Assembly: GCF_009834535.1 (NCBI RefSeq)
Contig: NC_045697.1
Span: 77,936,001-78,000,000 of the forward strand
DNA: 64,000 nt
Direction of reading: 5' to 3'
Source: Camelus ferus
Taxonomy: Eukaryota
Under the pieces are notes generated by a model. It saw only the letters and a list, made by a program, of their open reading frames with translations, had not been told where the DNA came from and ran no database searches. Numbering within the stretch: the first letter of the stretch is position 1; every line of letters begins with the position of its first letter. Positions 28,150 to 40,800 of this stretch are shown here, in pieces. The position numbers and the translations under genes are program-made.

Positions 28150-30150
28150 AGGTCAGAGAGTAGGAGTGACAGGGTCCGGGGGAGTGGGGGCTAGGCTGGC
28201 ACCTGAGCCTGGGATTTCAGCCAGATCGCTGGCCGGGGCTTTGCTCAGAGTCTGTCTCGGGATCAGGACCCGCATCCCCTGCGTCACCCTCCTCGCGGCT
28301 CGCCTCTGGCTCCTGGCGGCCTGGGGTGCTCCATTCTTTACCCGCACAGCCTTGCCTCCCAGGGTCCACCCAGAGCGTCAGGGCTGGCGGCGGATTCCCG
28401 GAGATGTCCGCCCAAACTACGTTCCGGACCCTGTGGGCAGCGACTCCTTCTGGAATTGCAGCTGCTCCTACTAACCTTTGGAAAAGAGGAAATCTGTCTC
28501 AGATCTTTCTGTGTATCTCAAGTGTGAGAGGAAAGAACATTCACTTGCGTTAGAAGGCCTAAGTATCAAGCTACTCAAGGAGAAATGCTGGTCCGTTAAC
28601 CTCTAACCCTCCCGCCCCAACACAATCCCAGCCGCTGGGGAAGTGGCCGCCGGAAGGGTCGGTGCATCGGGCCAGGGACTTGGCCGGGGCAGCTCTCGGC
28701 GCAGAACTCTCTATAGGTCCTCACTCCCAGGATCGGATAGATGATTCATTTTTATATGTAACGTTTTACCCCACTCTATAGCTCCGGCTGGTTAATGTTC
28801 AACCTCAGGGCTTCGAGAGGCAGGTCGAGGGAGGCAGGCGGGGACGACCCATTCAAGGTATATGGCTGCTCGGGAGTGAAGGCTCAGAAGCCCGAGAGAG
28901 GGTGAGGAGGATGTGACGGGGGCTCCTCCGGCCTGGGCCTCCCTGGGCCGACTCTGAGAGGGTAGAGGAGCGGGGGCGGGGGTTGGGGGTCGGAGGCCCG
29001 GGCCCAGTTCTTGTCCCCGGAGGCGCAGCCGGGAGGCTGTGCCCGGGCTGAGTCCAGACCGCCCACGACGCCGCGGCCCAGGCCGGGAGCGGCGCGTGCA
29101 GGGGCGGCGGGCGCGCGGGCGGGCGCTTCGGCCCAGCGGGACTCGGAGGCAGGCTGTGCCGCTCCAGCACCCGGCTCCGATGCTCGCCTGGGGCTGCGGG
29201 CTGAGGAGGGGGGAAGTGGGCGCACGGCGGCAGCTGCGGATCAGATTCCGGTTTTGTTGTCCGGAGGGACGCGCAAACACCATAGCGGAGACCCGAGAGG
29301 AGTACAGCGGGGTGCGTAGGTTGCCCTCTGGGCCACCACTTCTCTGGGTCCCTCTGAAAATACCATCAGGGTAATGAGAGGCGGCAAGTCTTGCCACCTC
29401 CCTTCTCCCGCGTCGCCGGCCAAAAAAAATGAACATTAAGATAAAGCAGCTGTTGTGGTCAATAGAAAAGGGGAGGATTGGGTCGTGCCCGAGCCACAGT
29501 GCGGGCAGCCAGTGAGGCCCACGGCGAAGCCGCCCTTGGGGGCATGTTCAGCTGGAGCGAGGTCACCGCGGGTCTTTCTAAGAGCTGGGCCGCTTGGTCC
29601 CCACGGAATCCAGAGGTCCAGAAGGTCCCGGTCAGCTGTCCAGGCTGCCATCCCCTGGCGCTGGGCAGTTGACAGGCCGGCAGTGCTGCAGGGGGGGAGG
29701 AGGCTCCGAGCTGATGAGGGAAGTTTCGTTCCGGGAGCTGCAGCCCAGTCTTCGCAGGCGGGATTTTTCCCCCCTGTCAGAGAAACTGACAAACAAGACC
29801 CTGCCTCATCAGATAAGAGTGGCTCCTACGATTTCATGGATTTTAGGAGAGGGTGGAGGCGTTGATGTTAGTAGAGCCCTGTGAATGAACATCCCCCGAG
29901 GCCCAGCGCCCGCATAAGAAGGGTTTTATTTTACTTTCTTTTGTTTGATATTATCTTATTTTCTGACAAAGTGACCCGTCGTCTGTCGCTTTGGGCTCTG
30001 GCAGGCAAAGCCCCTTTTGTGGCGCTGGGGATGGCCTGCAAGGTGTCCACCTCAGTCCACAACAGCGTTCCCCGCCCCCTGTGCCCCCACACAGCGGGGT
30101 GAATTACAGAGACCCGTGGTCAGCACAACGCAAACGGCCCTGTACAGTGA
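28150..30150. promoter_or_regulatory. CpG island 3' of PITX2
   Basis: Extended GC/CpG-rich block with a core at 28800-29420. Part of a chain of CpG islands from 28 to 59 kb, typical of developmental transcription-factor loci. Confidence 0.75.
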
Positions 30151-30877
30151 CACTACAGAAGGCCCTGCCAGTTCATCTGGGAGGACAGAGAACGATGCCA
30201 TCAAGCTTCATGTGGGTACAGCAACCCCACCCAGATACCCACCCAGAGAAGCAGACATGAGGGGGCTGTTGAGACAAGCAGAACGGGGGAAAGCACCCAA
30301 GAACTGGGTAGCCGCTAATCTGGGTTCCAAGTCACATTCCATATGCTGCTCCACTGTCTTCTTAGGGACAGCAGAAACGCCTCAAGGTCTCATCTCCCTA
30401 GAGGGACGAGGGTAAATGTTCTTGTCCAGGACTGCCGGCTGAGGGAGGCCAGGGTGGGGGGTTTGGGGTGGGGGCGGGTCCCCCGCTGCTGCAAACTGTT
30501 GGCGGAGGCAGAAAGACTACTGCTTCTGGACAGAGAAAGCATTGGTAGAGGGAGTCTCGAAGCTCTAAGGACGCTCTAAGGTACATTTGGTTGCAGCATC
30601 ATTGGTCCGTTTTCTAAGTTGATAGAACAGGAAAAACAAGCAAGCAAACAAACAAACAAAAAACCCCACTTTGGAGTGGATAAAAAGAAAAAAACAGAAG
30701 AGGGAAAAGATAGGAAAAGAAAAAGACAGAAAGCACGAGTGTGGGGCAAATACCTTAAACATTTTTGCAGGAAGAATAGGAGAACTGGCTCTAGAAGGAT
30801 CCATCAAAGTCAGGGGATGCAGACACATAGCCTGATCAGGGAGGGTCCAATGAGTCTGAACTTCTCTTAGCTCTTCT

Positions 30878-31109
30878 GAGAGAAGAAGAAGAAGAAGAAG
30901 AAGAAGAAGAAGAAGAAGAAGAAGAAGAAGAAGAAGAAGAAGAAGAAGAAGAAGAAGAAGAGAAGAGAAGAAGAAGAATAGAGAAGAGAAGAAGAAGAGA
31001 AGAAGAAGAGAAGAGAAGAAGAAGGAGAAGAAGAGAAGAAGAGAAGAAGAAGAAGAAGAAGAAGAAGAAGAAGAAGAAGAAGAGAAGAAGAAAGAAGAAG
31101 AAGAAAAAA
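30878..31109 (+). repeat. Compound GAA/GAGAA polypurine microsatellite
   Basis: Pure (GAA)26 at 30882-30959, then an interrupted GAA/GAGAA tract. Only one pyrimidine (30979) in ~230 nt. Confidence 0.98.
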
Positions 31110-32764
31110 TATACAGTCCCCGACACAATCCCCTAAAAGTGAACACCTTTACCATATAATTATTAAATATTTTTTAAATATTTAAAAAGGGAATTTAGAT
31201 GGTTCTTTTAGTCATTCTTTGGCTGAGTAACTTTAACTTCCAGTATCTTCTGCTTTCCACAACTGCCACTGAACTACTAACAAGGCATGTTATAACAGGA
31301 GTGGAAATGATTTTTTTTTTAAAGGTAATGAAGTAGAATTAAATACATCTTGAGTGGGACATTGTGTTTCTTGCAGGCCTTCTCTAAGCTTCAAACAAAA
31401 TCTAAAATCCATATTTCCATAAAATGCGTAAAATACTCGGCACAGAAGTGAATGAAGTTAAGTATCCTCCACACAATAAATTCTGGTTTCTGTCTTTTCA
31501 GATAGAATGGCAACAATGAGAAGGCCTCCTTTGGTGGTGGGGTGGAGTAGGGTGGGTCATAAATAAACTTTTGAGATTAAAGACCTGAAAAAGTAAATTA
31601 GTAATGTGTATAGATAGTTTAAAAAATTTCCTTCTGAAAATCTGCTATAAGAAATTTCTCCCGTTTACTCCGAGACCTCTCTTCCCTCAGTCAACCACGT
31701 TTCTGGCTTCCCCGTGTGCTTAGATTAACTGCAGCTTGTAGGGGGGTTCTATAGGATAATCAATATATTCATAAAGGCCTCTGATCTGATTACATTGTTG
31801 TTTTCCCTTTTCCTTTCAAGAACTTCAGTCGGCGAGCCGGGGACTCCCAGCGTTGCTGCGTCTGTGAGCGCCGGAGGCTGGGGAGCCCTGGCGACGGCGG
31901 CGAGGGCGCTCGTGGATTAGGTTGTGGATTGCAGGGCAGACCTTTGTTTGGTCACATTCTCGACGGGGTTTGGGGAGGGAGGGAGTTGTCCTCCTGGGAG
32001 ATCGCGACAAGTTTTTATAGACTCTCCTTAAAAGAACTCGCCGCTCTTCATAGGGTTAATTTATGGGGCTTTCGAGGAATATTGGGACTTTTAAGACGTT
32101 CTTTATTCCTCCCCCCCCTTTTTTTTTGTTACACTCCTGAAAGGACTCCTGGATTTCAGCACCTCGCAGGAAGAGGGTGGGAGTGGGAGAAAGAACAGGG
32201 CCTAGAGGAGAAGGGGAGGGTTTGCCTCCTAATCAAACCGCCTACAGGGCCCAGGCTGCCCAAGATATTTTTAAGAATTAAGTTTCTAATCATGCTGTGG
32301 GCTGTAAAACTCAGGTTTAAGAACTGGGAGGAAATTGAGACAAACGTGAGCTACATCCACCTTTCCCCAGGTCTCCATTAATTTGAATTCAGGATCAGAG
32401 TAAGGAAGAGTTTGGGGCCTTGAATTTTTTAAGTTTAAAAACCAAGGACCTGCGGGAGAGAGGATTGGAGTAACAGGTGAGGAGGGCAGGGAGGAAAAGC
32501 CCCTAGACCGCGAACTGTCTGCTTGTTGCTGTCCCAGACCCCCTGCCTCAGGGCGCTCAGAGGTGGGCGGCGGGGGACTGAAGGCCTGGGAGGCCCGGGC
32601 TCCTGGGGGCCCGACCTCCCGCTCGCCATCTTTGATCCTAAGCGGAGGAGGTTGGTGTTCATGCTATAGATTACCTTAAAGGTTCCTTTAAGCACTTTAA
32701 TACACAACTAGCTCAGAAATCATTAAGAGACCTAGAGAAGAGGAAGAAATACCCTCACACTCAC

Positions 32765-33000
32765 CGGTAATAAATGTTGACATGCAGCAAAAATCGATTG
32801 AGTGGAACCGAGGTGGTGGCAGTAGCGATGGCTGGAGGGGGGGACCGGCATGGGAGCGGGAGGGGCGAGGGGACCGACTCCGCTGGCTCGGGAACTAGGC
32901 TTTTCTCACTTAAAGGGAAAAGGAGGTGCGGAAAGGGGCCGGCGGGCGAGGGAGGATGGGTGTGGGGAGGCGGGGGAAGGGTGAGGAGGGTAATTCTTCC
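32765..33000 (-). ncRNA. Candidate first exon of a PANCR-like lncRNA
   Basis: Strong donor CCG|gtgagt (32763-32764) in a CpG-rich block ~2 kb 3' of the PITX2 poly(A) site, on the same strand. Human PANCR starts in a comparable position as I recall. Positional inference only. Confidence 0.35.
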
Positions 33001-34879
33001 TTCTGGAAGTCCGGGGAAAGGAGCTGAGGTGGGAGAAAGGGCCTCTCATCAGTCCCGAGTCTCCGCCCCCAGCCCGCACCACTCAAGTCAGGGAAGTGAC
33101 AACCCTTCCCAAACCTCGACTTCCATTTTTGTTTCCTGCAGATTGATTGATTTCTTCGAAATAGAGTTCTATTTCAGCAAGCGAACTAGGCCGAGATTCA
33201 CCTCCTGCACCCAGCGCTCCCAGGTCACTCTTAGACCCGCAGACGCAAATCCTCCCAGCAGGTCTCCTTAACGCTTCCAGCTCCCCATCCCCAAATCCCC
33301 TCTCCCAGTCCCTTCTCCCGCCGCCCCTCCCCCATACCAGACGGAGGCTCTGGGCGGCACGGACGGACGAGCCCCGCGGCTCCAGAAGCCAAAGTCCGCC
33401 CGTGGGGACCATTTTCCTCTCCACTGCTCTCAAGTGAACAACAAGGACCGAGGTGACCCTCGTCCAAAGGGCTTTTATCTGCCCTCCACTGCCGCGTGAT
33501 CCCTCCGCAGGTCTGAGGCAGAGCTTAAAAAAGAAAGACAGTTAATGTACATTAAGCACTGGTCTTAAATCGGGGACATTATCTGTGATCTCTTTAAGTG
33601 GCAGCAGCAGTTTCATGCAGAACAAAGACTCAGTGTCTGAGCTCCAGAAGCTATAGGTAAAGTTTCAGTCAGATAAAAGCGACCTGAGCGCAAAAACACA
33701 GGTTTTCTCGCCCCAGAAAAACCAGCGGCTACTTTTCGTTCCCGATTCCCCTGGATGGTGTTTGTCCTCGCCCATCGCGGGGGGATGGGTGGTGGTGACC
33801 CGAATGGCAAAAGACTTCAGAGCTCCCCCCCCCAACACACACGCCGACCTCCCCTTGCGCCATGGTGAATTCTTTGGGACTAAGTTGTATTTGCTACTCT
33901 TAGTTACAAAATCAGATTTCACATTAAAAAAAAAAAAAAAGCTGAAAACCACCAACAAAGGGAGAGTGGGTGCTTAAAGTTCTTTTAAACACTCACACCG
34001 ACTTTATTCCCCTTTTAGATGTCAGAGGATGGGAGGGAGGACCAGGGCTGTAATTCATCTTGATTTGCTTCATTGTCCCACAGTTTGCAAACTATAATCC
34101 TGTATAATTTCAGGAACAAGCAGGTTTAGAATTAATGGGTCAATATTATTTAAAACAAAACACAGGGAGCATGACCTTTGCCTCAACTACATATTGGTCG
34201 ACAAGACTCAGGAAACTCCACTCTAACCTCTCAACCCCTGGGCTCTTTGAGAAACTAAAGGGCTATGGTTATTAGAAATGGTCTTTGTTTCTTTTAATGT
34301 CTTGAAAGGATTTGGAAATAGTAATGTAATATAACATGAAGAATCTCTCTACTTAAGCCTGGAAGATAAACGTGGAGGCCTAAATATTTTGAACTGGAGG
34401 TGTTTCCTTGTAAACTTATTATTGATGTATTCCTCTTGAGGGGAATGTATATATACTGTACATGTATACATACACTCATACTTCTCCAGAACGATTTACT
34501 GGATGTGCAGCTCTCCCCTCCCCCAAAAGAGTAAACTTGAGACTCATTCCAAGCTAATGTACTTTCTAAATTTCTTTCTCCTTTCTTCTTTCCCTCTTAT
34601 ATTATTTGCTAGCAATAATGGAATCCTCTGGGTTTAAGCCAAACAAAAATCTGGGAGACAAGTCCAGACTTTGCAAGTTTTTTTTTTCCCCTGAGAGTGT
34701 CTTTTTTTTTTCTTTTTAGTTTCTGATGAATGACTATAATTTATTTTTACCAAAATTAAATAAGTACTGCTGCCTTGTGTATTTAACTAGGCAGGCAGAG
34801 GGAACTGGTTTGTTTAGGAAGCAGTGACTAAGAAACCCTGGACAGGTGACAAAGGAGGGCAGAAAGAATCCAGACCAAT

Positions 34880-35567
34880 CTGTATGCAGTATATTTTACT
34901 CCCATGAAATAAAACACATTTTTTTCATATTTGCTGAAAAGTAAAACAATAATATTGTACGAAATGTTATACACAGGGTAGGTTGTACATAGCAGTTTCA
35001 GAAACATCATTGCATCCACCAGAGAAACTATTCTAAAACTGATATTCACACATTTTTTATAATAATAATATGTTAGAAACATACAGTGTGGCATTTAGTA
35101 TATACATTCCTTTGCTCGCAAGCGAAAAATCCTAATCGCTTCTGTATAACATGCTTTATTTTAAAGCCTAACCTTTAAAAACACTGTTGTGATATTACTA
35201 ACAACTGCTTTTTATAAAATTAATTTGACATTTCGATATATATACATCCTTTCAGTCATTTTAATGTTAACAATGCTAAACTTAAAAAATAACAAGCTTA
35301 TAGTAATGTTAAAATGTCATATCCAGTCAAACATTTGTGTGTGTCCTTGCAACTGTTGGAAATACTTTTAGTGAAAGATGTCAAACTTGCGGAAATTCCT
35401 TTGAAATCAAAGGAGCTTTCTTTAATTCAGTGGTTTCCTTTTCTTTCTGTCTTCTCTTTCTCTCCCTTTCTTTAGCGCCCACGACCTTCTAGCGTAATCC
35501 CCAGTCTTTCAAGGGCAGAGCTGCCCCCTCCGGCACGGTCCTAGGATCCCGGCGCAGTGGGCGCGGC
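34880..35567 (-). other. PITX2: PITX2 3'UTR with variant poly(A) signal AGTAAA (34895-34900)
   Basis: AU-rich sequence after the stop codon. I saw no canonical AATAAA near the end. AGTAAA is followed ~20 nt later by GT/T-rich sequence. The cleavage site is approximate. Confidence 0.75.
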
Positions 35568-36305
<738 letters not shown>

Positions 36306-36899
36306 TCAGGCCTTCGACTCCGGGCTCTGAGTTGTGCCACAAACCCCAGCCCAACGCCTGGCGGCCTGCGGGTGGCTTGTACACTAACCCAGGCCCTCCT
36401 CAGGGTCCAAAAACACTTACTGAAAAATAAACGCGGAGCTGTGGGCTCTCGGCCCAACCCTTCCCCGTTCACCTTGCAAACTTGCTTGCATTCCAGAGCC
36501 ACAGACTCAGTGGTGTGGACAAGGGGCTGGGAGGGCACCAGCAGCCCGCGCTCTCTCCATACAACTCCCTCCCTTCTCGTATCTCCACTGCCGCCCACTA
36601 CTCCACGGAAAGTGCGCTCTCAACAGGCGCCAGGCCGCGACCCCCTTCCTCGCCTATCAAAACAACCAAATAAGAAGCAAAAGATCACCTCTCCAACAGC
36701 TCATTAAACTCCTCGAGCTAGGCGTGTAAATCTCCGAGACCCCAGAACTAGTCTTTCTGCAGCCTTCCCCTTACTTCGCTCCGCTCCTTCACACCCTCCA
36801 CCCATCCCAGGCCAGGCCCGCGCGCTGGGTGCCGCTCCGACTGGCTGGGCCCACCCAGCCCGGGTGTTGGGCTTTGCAGTCGGCTGGCCAGCCCCCACC

Positions 36900-37180
36900 C
36901 ACGTCCGGTGTCCCCGACACAACCCCACTCTCAATCCACATCGGGCCCGCCGCCGCCCCAGACGGCGTCTTTTGTGTATTGGAGCGAGGCCTGGCCCGAG
37001 ATTTCCGAGTTGACACCAGTGATGTTTCACATTACACATCTCAGCCAGGACCAGCTGCCTAATCCGCTTTTTTCCCCCCTTTTCCCTTTCATTCTCGATT
37101 TCCTTCTTATCCCCCTTCCTCTTTGCACCCGACTGCTATAAAAAGCACGCCTCACTCCCCACTTGGCTGGACAAGCCGCG
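36900..37180. promoter_or_regulatory. Pitx2 asymmetric enhancer (ASE) candidate in the last intron
   Basis: FoxH1 consensus sites AATCCACA at 36933-36940 and TGTGTATT at 36973-36980. Nkx2-like CACTTG at 37160-37165. TAATCC at 37060-37065. The last-intron position matches the known Nodal/FoxH1-responsive ASE. Confidence 0.8.
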
Positions 37181-38498
37181 GGTCTGGAAAGAGGCTGACG
37201 GAGGGAGAGAGAGCCCAGCGCTGCGGCGGCAGAGACTTGGGAGGGACTGCAAAAAAGCCGGAGGGGTGGGGGAGGGCTTTTCCGAAGGATTCCAGAGAAC
37301 CCACAGATTGTGCTCTCATTTTAATTACTTGCCATTTCTACCCTGGGCGGTCTAAACTTTGCCCAGGCGAGAAGAGTACGTGCGAGACTTGTTCCCCAGA
37401 CGCGTAGGATAGCTAAGGAAAGACTGACCTTGCGCAAAAACCACGCGGCCCAGGCTGGAGCGCAGCTCTGAGCAGTTAAACTAAAACCATTTCCAATTTC
37501 ACCCCGGCTCTTTTATCCACCAGCATAGCCTCATTCTCTACACAGATGCCACCTAGAAAATGCCTTCGTTGCCTCTGTTTTGGGAATGCATTTTGGTCTT
37601 TATTCATTTCATCATTGCTATACAGTGTTTTCTTTCCGTTTTCTCTGCTGTAATTGGAGGCTCTATTTTTCTATCCAGAGCATTTTTTTTTTAAACAGCA
37701 AAGTCTCTCGACCCTGCTATGTATTTTTTTCTACTTCCAGAATCCTAACAATCTTGGAGTTTTCCACCGACCAGCATAAACCAGGATATTGCTACTGGGT
37801 AATTTATCTGTTAATTTTCACCAATCCATAAAGTACAGAATTGCTACAAAGGTAAGCTCTTTCTTTAATAAAACTATTATAACTGGGAGGAAGGGTGTGA
37901 GTAACAATCTCCTGAGAAAAGATAAATAAACAAAACCGTAAAGTCTTTCCTCTTTTTTCTCTTTTTTTCTAAGAGGACTAGCAGAATAGGAGTTGTGTAT
38001 TAGAACTGATTCCGCAGATCACAAAACAAGGGAATAGGGTGTGGGAGAGATTTGAATGGCAGAAAAACTGCAAAGACCGTATAAAAGGGCAACCTGAGCA
38101 GAGAAAAGGCTGGGGTAGGCCAGGAGTGAAAGTTTTCCAAGAAGAACCAACCCTTGAGTGTTTCAGGCGGGTTTTCGTTGTTAAAAGGGCACAGGTTGGA
38201 GCCTGTTCTAGGTTCCTGGCCGGGGAGGGATTTTATTAGCTCTTGTCTGGTGAAGCCGGGAACACAATACCCTGTGCAGGGGAATGCACGCGGCCCAGTT
38301 TGGGAGGGCGCTGGGTGGCGGCCTGTGAGCCGGTGTGGCTCTGGGCTTTTGCGCCAGGCCTGCAGCTGGCCTCAGAAGGGGGAGCTGTAACCTCGCAACT
38401 GGGGCCGCCGCGAGGCCTTCTGCCTTTGCAGAAGCAGCCCCCCTCCAACCCTCCCGGGCGGCGCTGCCTTCCACACTCCTCACCCCCATCTCGGTCTA

Positions 38499-38795
<297 letters not shown>

Positions 38796-39646
38796 TCAGC
38801 ATGCCCACCTGCTACCCGCTAACCCCAACTGGATCAGGCGCAGAGGCCGGGGAAGAGCGAGGCTGCCTGGCGGGGAAGGAATGCGTGAGCGGCCGATCCG
38901 GGCTGCGAAGAGCGCTGCGTCTGCGGGTTGTGCAGATGTGAGTGTGGGTGTGCGCGCCGCATCTCCTCCCCTCCCCCAGCGCCGCACGTTTTATTTACAT
39001 GTTTATCTCACTGAGACGGCACATTCATTTTTATAGCCTGTGCTTTCAAGTATATTTATACGCCTCTGAGCGGACACACCAAATCTCTCGACACAGCCTC
39101 AAGCGCGCGTTTTACACAACCCTCTCCCTCTCGTAGAAAGCTCAGATTTCGATGCAGTTTCGGAAGGCTAAGAAAAGTAAACTTTGGGATTCGGAGAGTC
39201 ACTCAAGTTCCTCCGCCCTTTAGAAAAACCGCCTCTTCTTCTGAGGCGTAGTTTCACAAATATTTTTTTAACAAGTGGAGCTTCTTGGGAACTGAAAGCC
39301 GAGAGGGTAACAGGGGCCGGGGTGGGAGTGGGGATGGGGGTCAGGGGGCCCCCTCTGAAAATCCTCTAATGGGGATGCTGAGATTTTTGTGACCCAGGAA
39401 ACAGAAGGAAAGTCAGGATAGGAACAGGGAGGGCAGCTGAATGGCCGGCTTGGTTCGCGCCACCCCAGCCTGGAGGTCGAGGCAGAGCGAAAGGGACGCG
39501 GGGTCAACAGAACCTGGCTCCGGAAGTGCTGCGGGGAGCAAACTGAACGACCACTCCCACCACGCCTCCCCCTGGAGGGGCCGACTTCCTTGGGGGCTAG
39601 AAGTGCCGAGCAGCGCCGGGCCGCAAGGGGCGGCGCGGTGCCTTAC

Positions 39647-39854
39647 CTGCGGCCTCGGGGCTGGAGGTGTCGGAGATGGTGTGCACCTCCAGCCTGTGCT
39701 TGGAAGAGTCCAGGGAGCGGGTCTGACCGGGAGTCAGGACCGAAGCCATGGCCAGTGGCTGGGGATGGTGACAGGAGGAGGACGAGGAGGCGGCCAACAG
39801 CCTGGTCCCTGCTGCTCGGTGCTCCAAGTACAGCGGGCCTTTCATGCAGTTCAT
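39647..39854 (-). CDS. PITX2: PITX2c-specific first coding exon
   Basis: ATG at 39854. Encodes [69 protein letters not shown]. Donor CAG|gtaagg; its phase 1 matches the common exon. Confidence 0.97.
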
Positions 39855-40484
39855 GGACGAAGGAACGCGTCGCCCTACTAGTCCTGGGCTGCCGCCCTGC
39901 GAAGCCCCGTGGCTGCCGCCGCCTGCTCCGCTTGCTTCGCGCTCTAGGCGGGGAGTTTCCTTGCCGTGGCGGCCGCTGGCAGAGCCAAGGAACACAACCC
40001 CCGCTGAGTCTTCAAGCCGAGCTGCCCCAGTCCCCTTCGGAAGGCTCAAGCGAAAGGGTCCGGCGGCCGAAAGTCAGTGGGCAAACGGAGACATGAGGAT
40101 GTGGGTAGGAGAGCACAGCTCGGAGCGTCTTTTGGGAGGAGGCTTCCAAGCTCCAAAGCGAAACAAGAGTGGGCAAAGACCCCTTTCTTCCCTCCCTCCC
40201 TCCCCCAAGTACCCCTCCAATAAGGAAAGCTAACGCCGATCGCGCTCTGCCCGCCCCTCGCGCGGCAGCCCTGACAGCGAAGTGTCAAGAGTGACAGGGA
40301 CAGGTAGCTGATATTAGATCTCCGGCGGCAGCGGCGCGGGCCTCTAGGCGCACCCTCCGCGGTGCCCACACGCACACCCCCTCGGGCTGTAGAGCTCGAG
40401 CCCAGCTTCGCCGCTGCTCAGCTCCCAGCACCCAGGCGAACGACTGACCAGATCTGCGGCTGCAAGCTTCCCTGTTGGCCTAAC
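39855..40484 (-). other. PITX2: PITX2c 5'UTR (part of the first exon)
   Basis: CpG-rich sequence contiguous with the PITX2c ATG. The start GTTAGGCCAACAGGGAAG resembles my recollection of the human PITX2c mRNA 5' end. TSS approximate. Confidence 0.6.
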
Positions 40485-40800
40485 ATCTTAAAACCAGAGG
40501 CGGGCTTCCTGATGCCGAGACGTCACTCGGCAGCGGCCCTCCCCAATCCTCCCCGCCTCTGCCTCCTCCCAAACTCTTCGCGGGCTGGAGTGACGTGGCT
40601 CCGCACCAATCAGAAACCCTCGAGACGCGGCGGAGGGACAGTCCTGTCTGCACCTATCAGCTGTTCGGGGCCGAGCTAATAACTCGCCTTGCCGGCGGAG
40701 TCTACACCGGCCGACTCCCGGGAATTCTGCTCCGGCCCGGCCCAAGACGATCCGGCTTTTAGTTTGGGCGGGGAGGTGGAAAGATGGCTGGGAGTAAAAG
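40485..40800 (-). promoter_or_regulatory. PITX2c (internal) promoter, CpG island
   Basis: CpG-rich region directly upstream of the c-isoform exon. CRE-like GACGTCA near 40519 and TGACGT at 40591-40596, CCAAT at 40606-40610, GC-box-like motifs. Confidence 0.75.

Noticed and set aside
30565..31155. Poly-Leu/Ser/Phe ORFs
   Set aside because: Translations of the GAA/TTC microsatellite.
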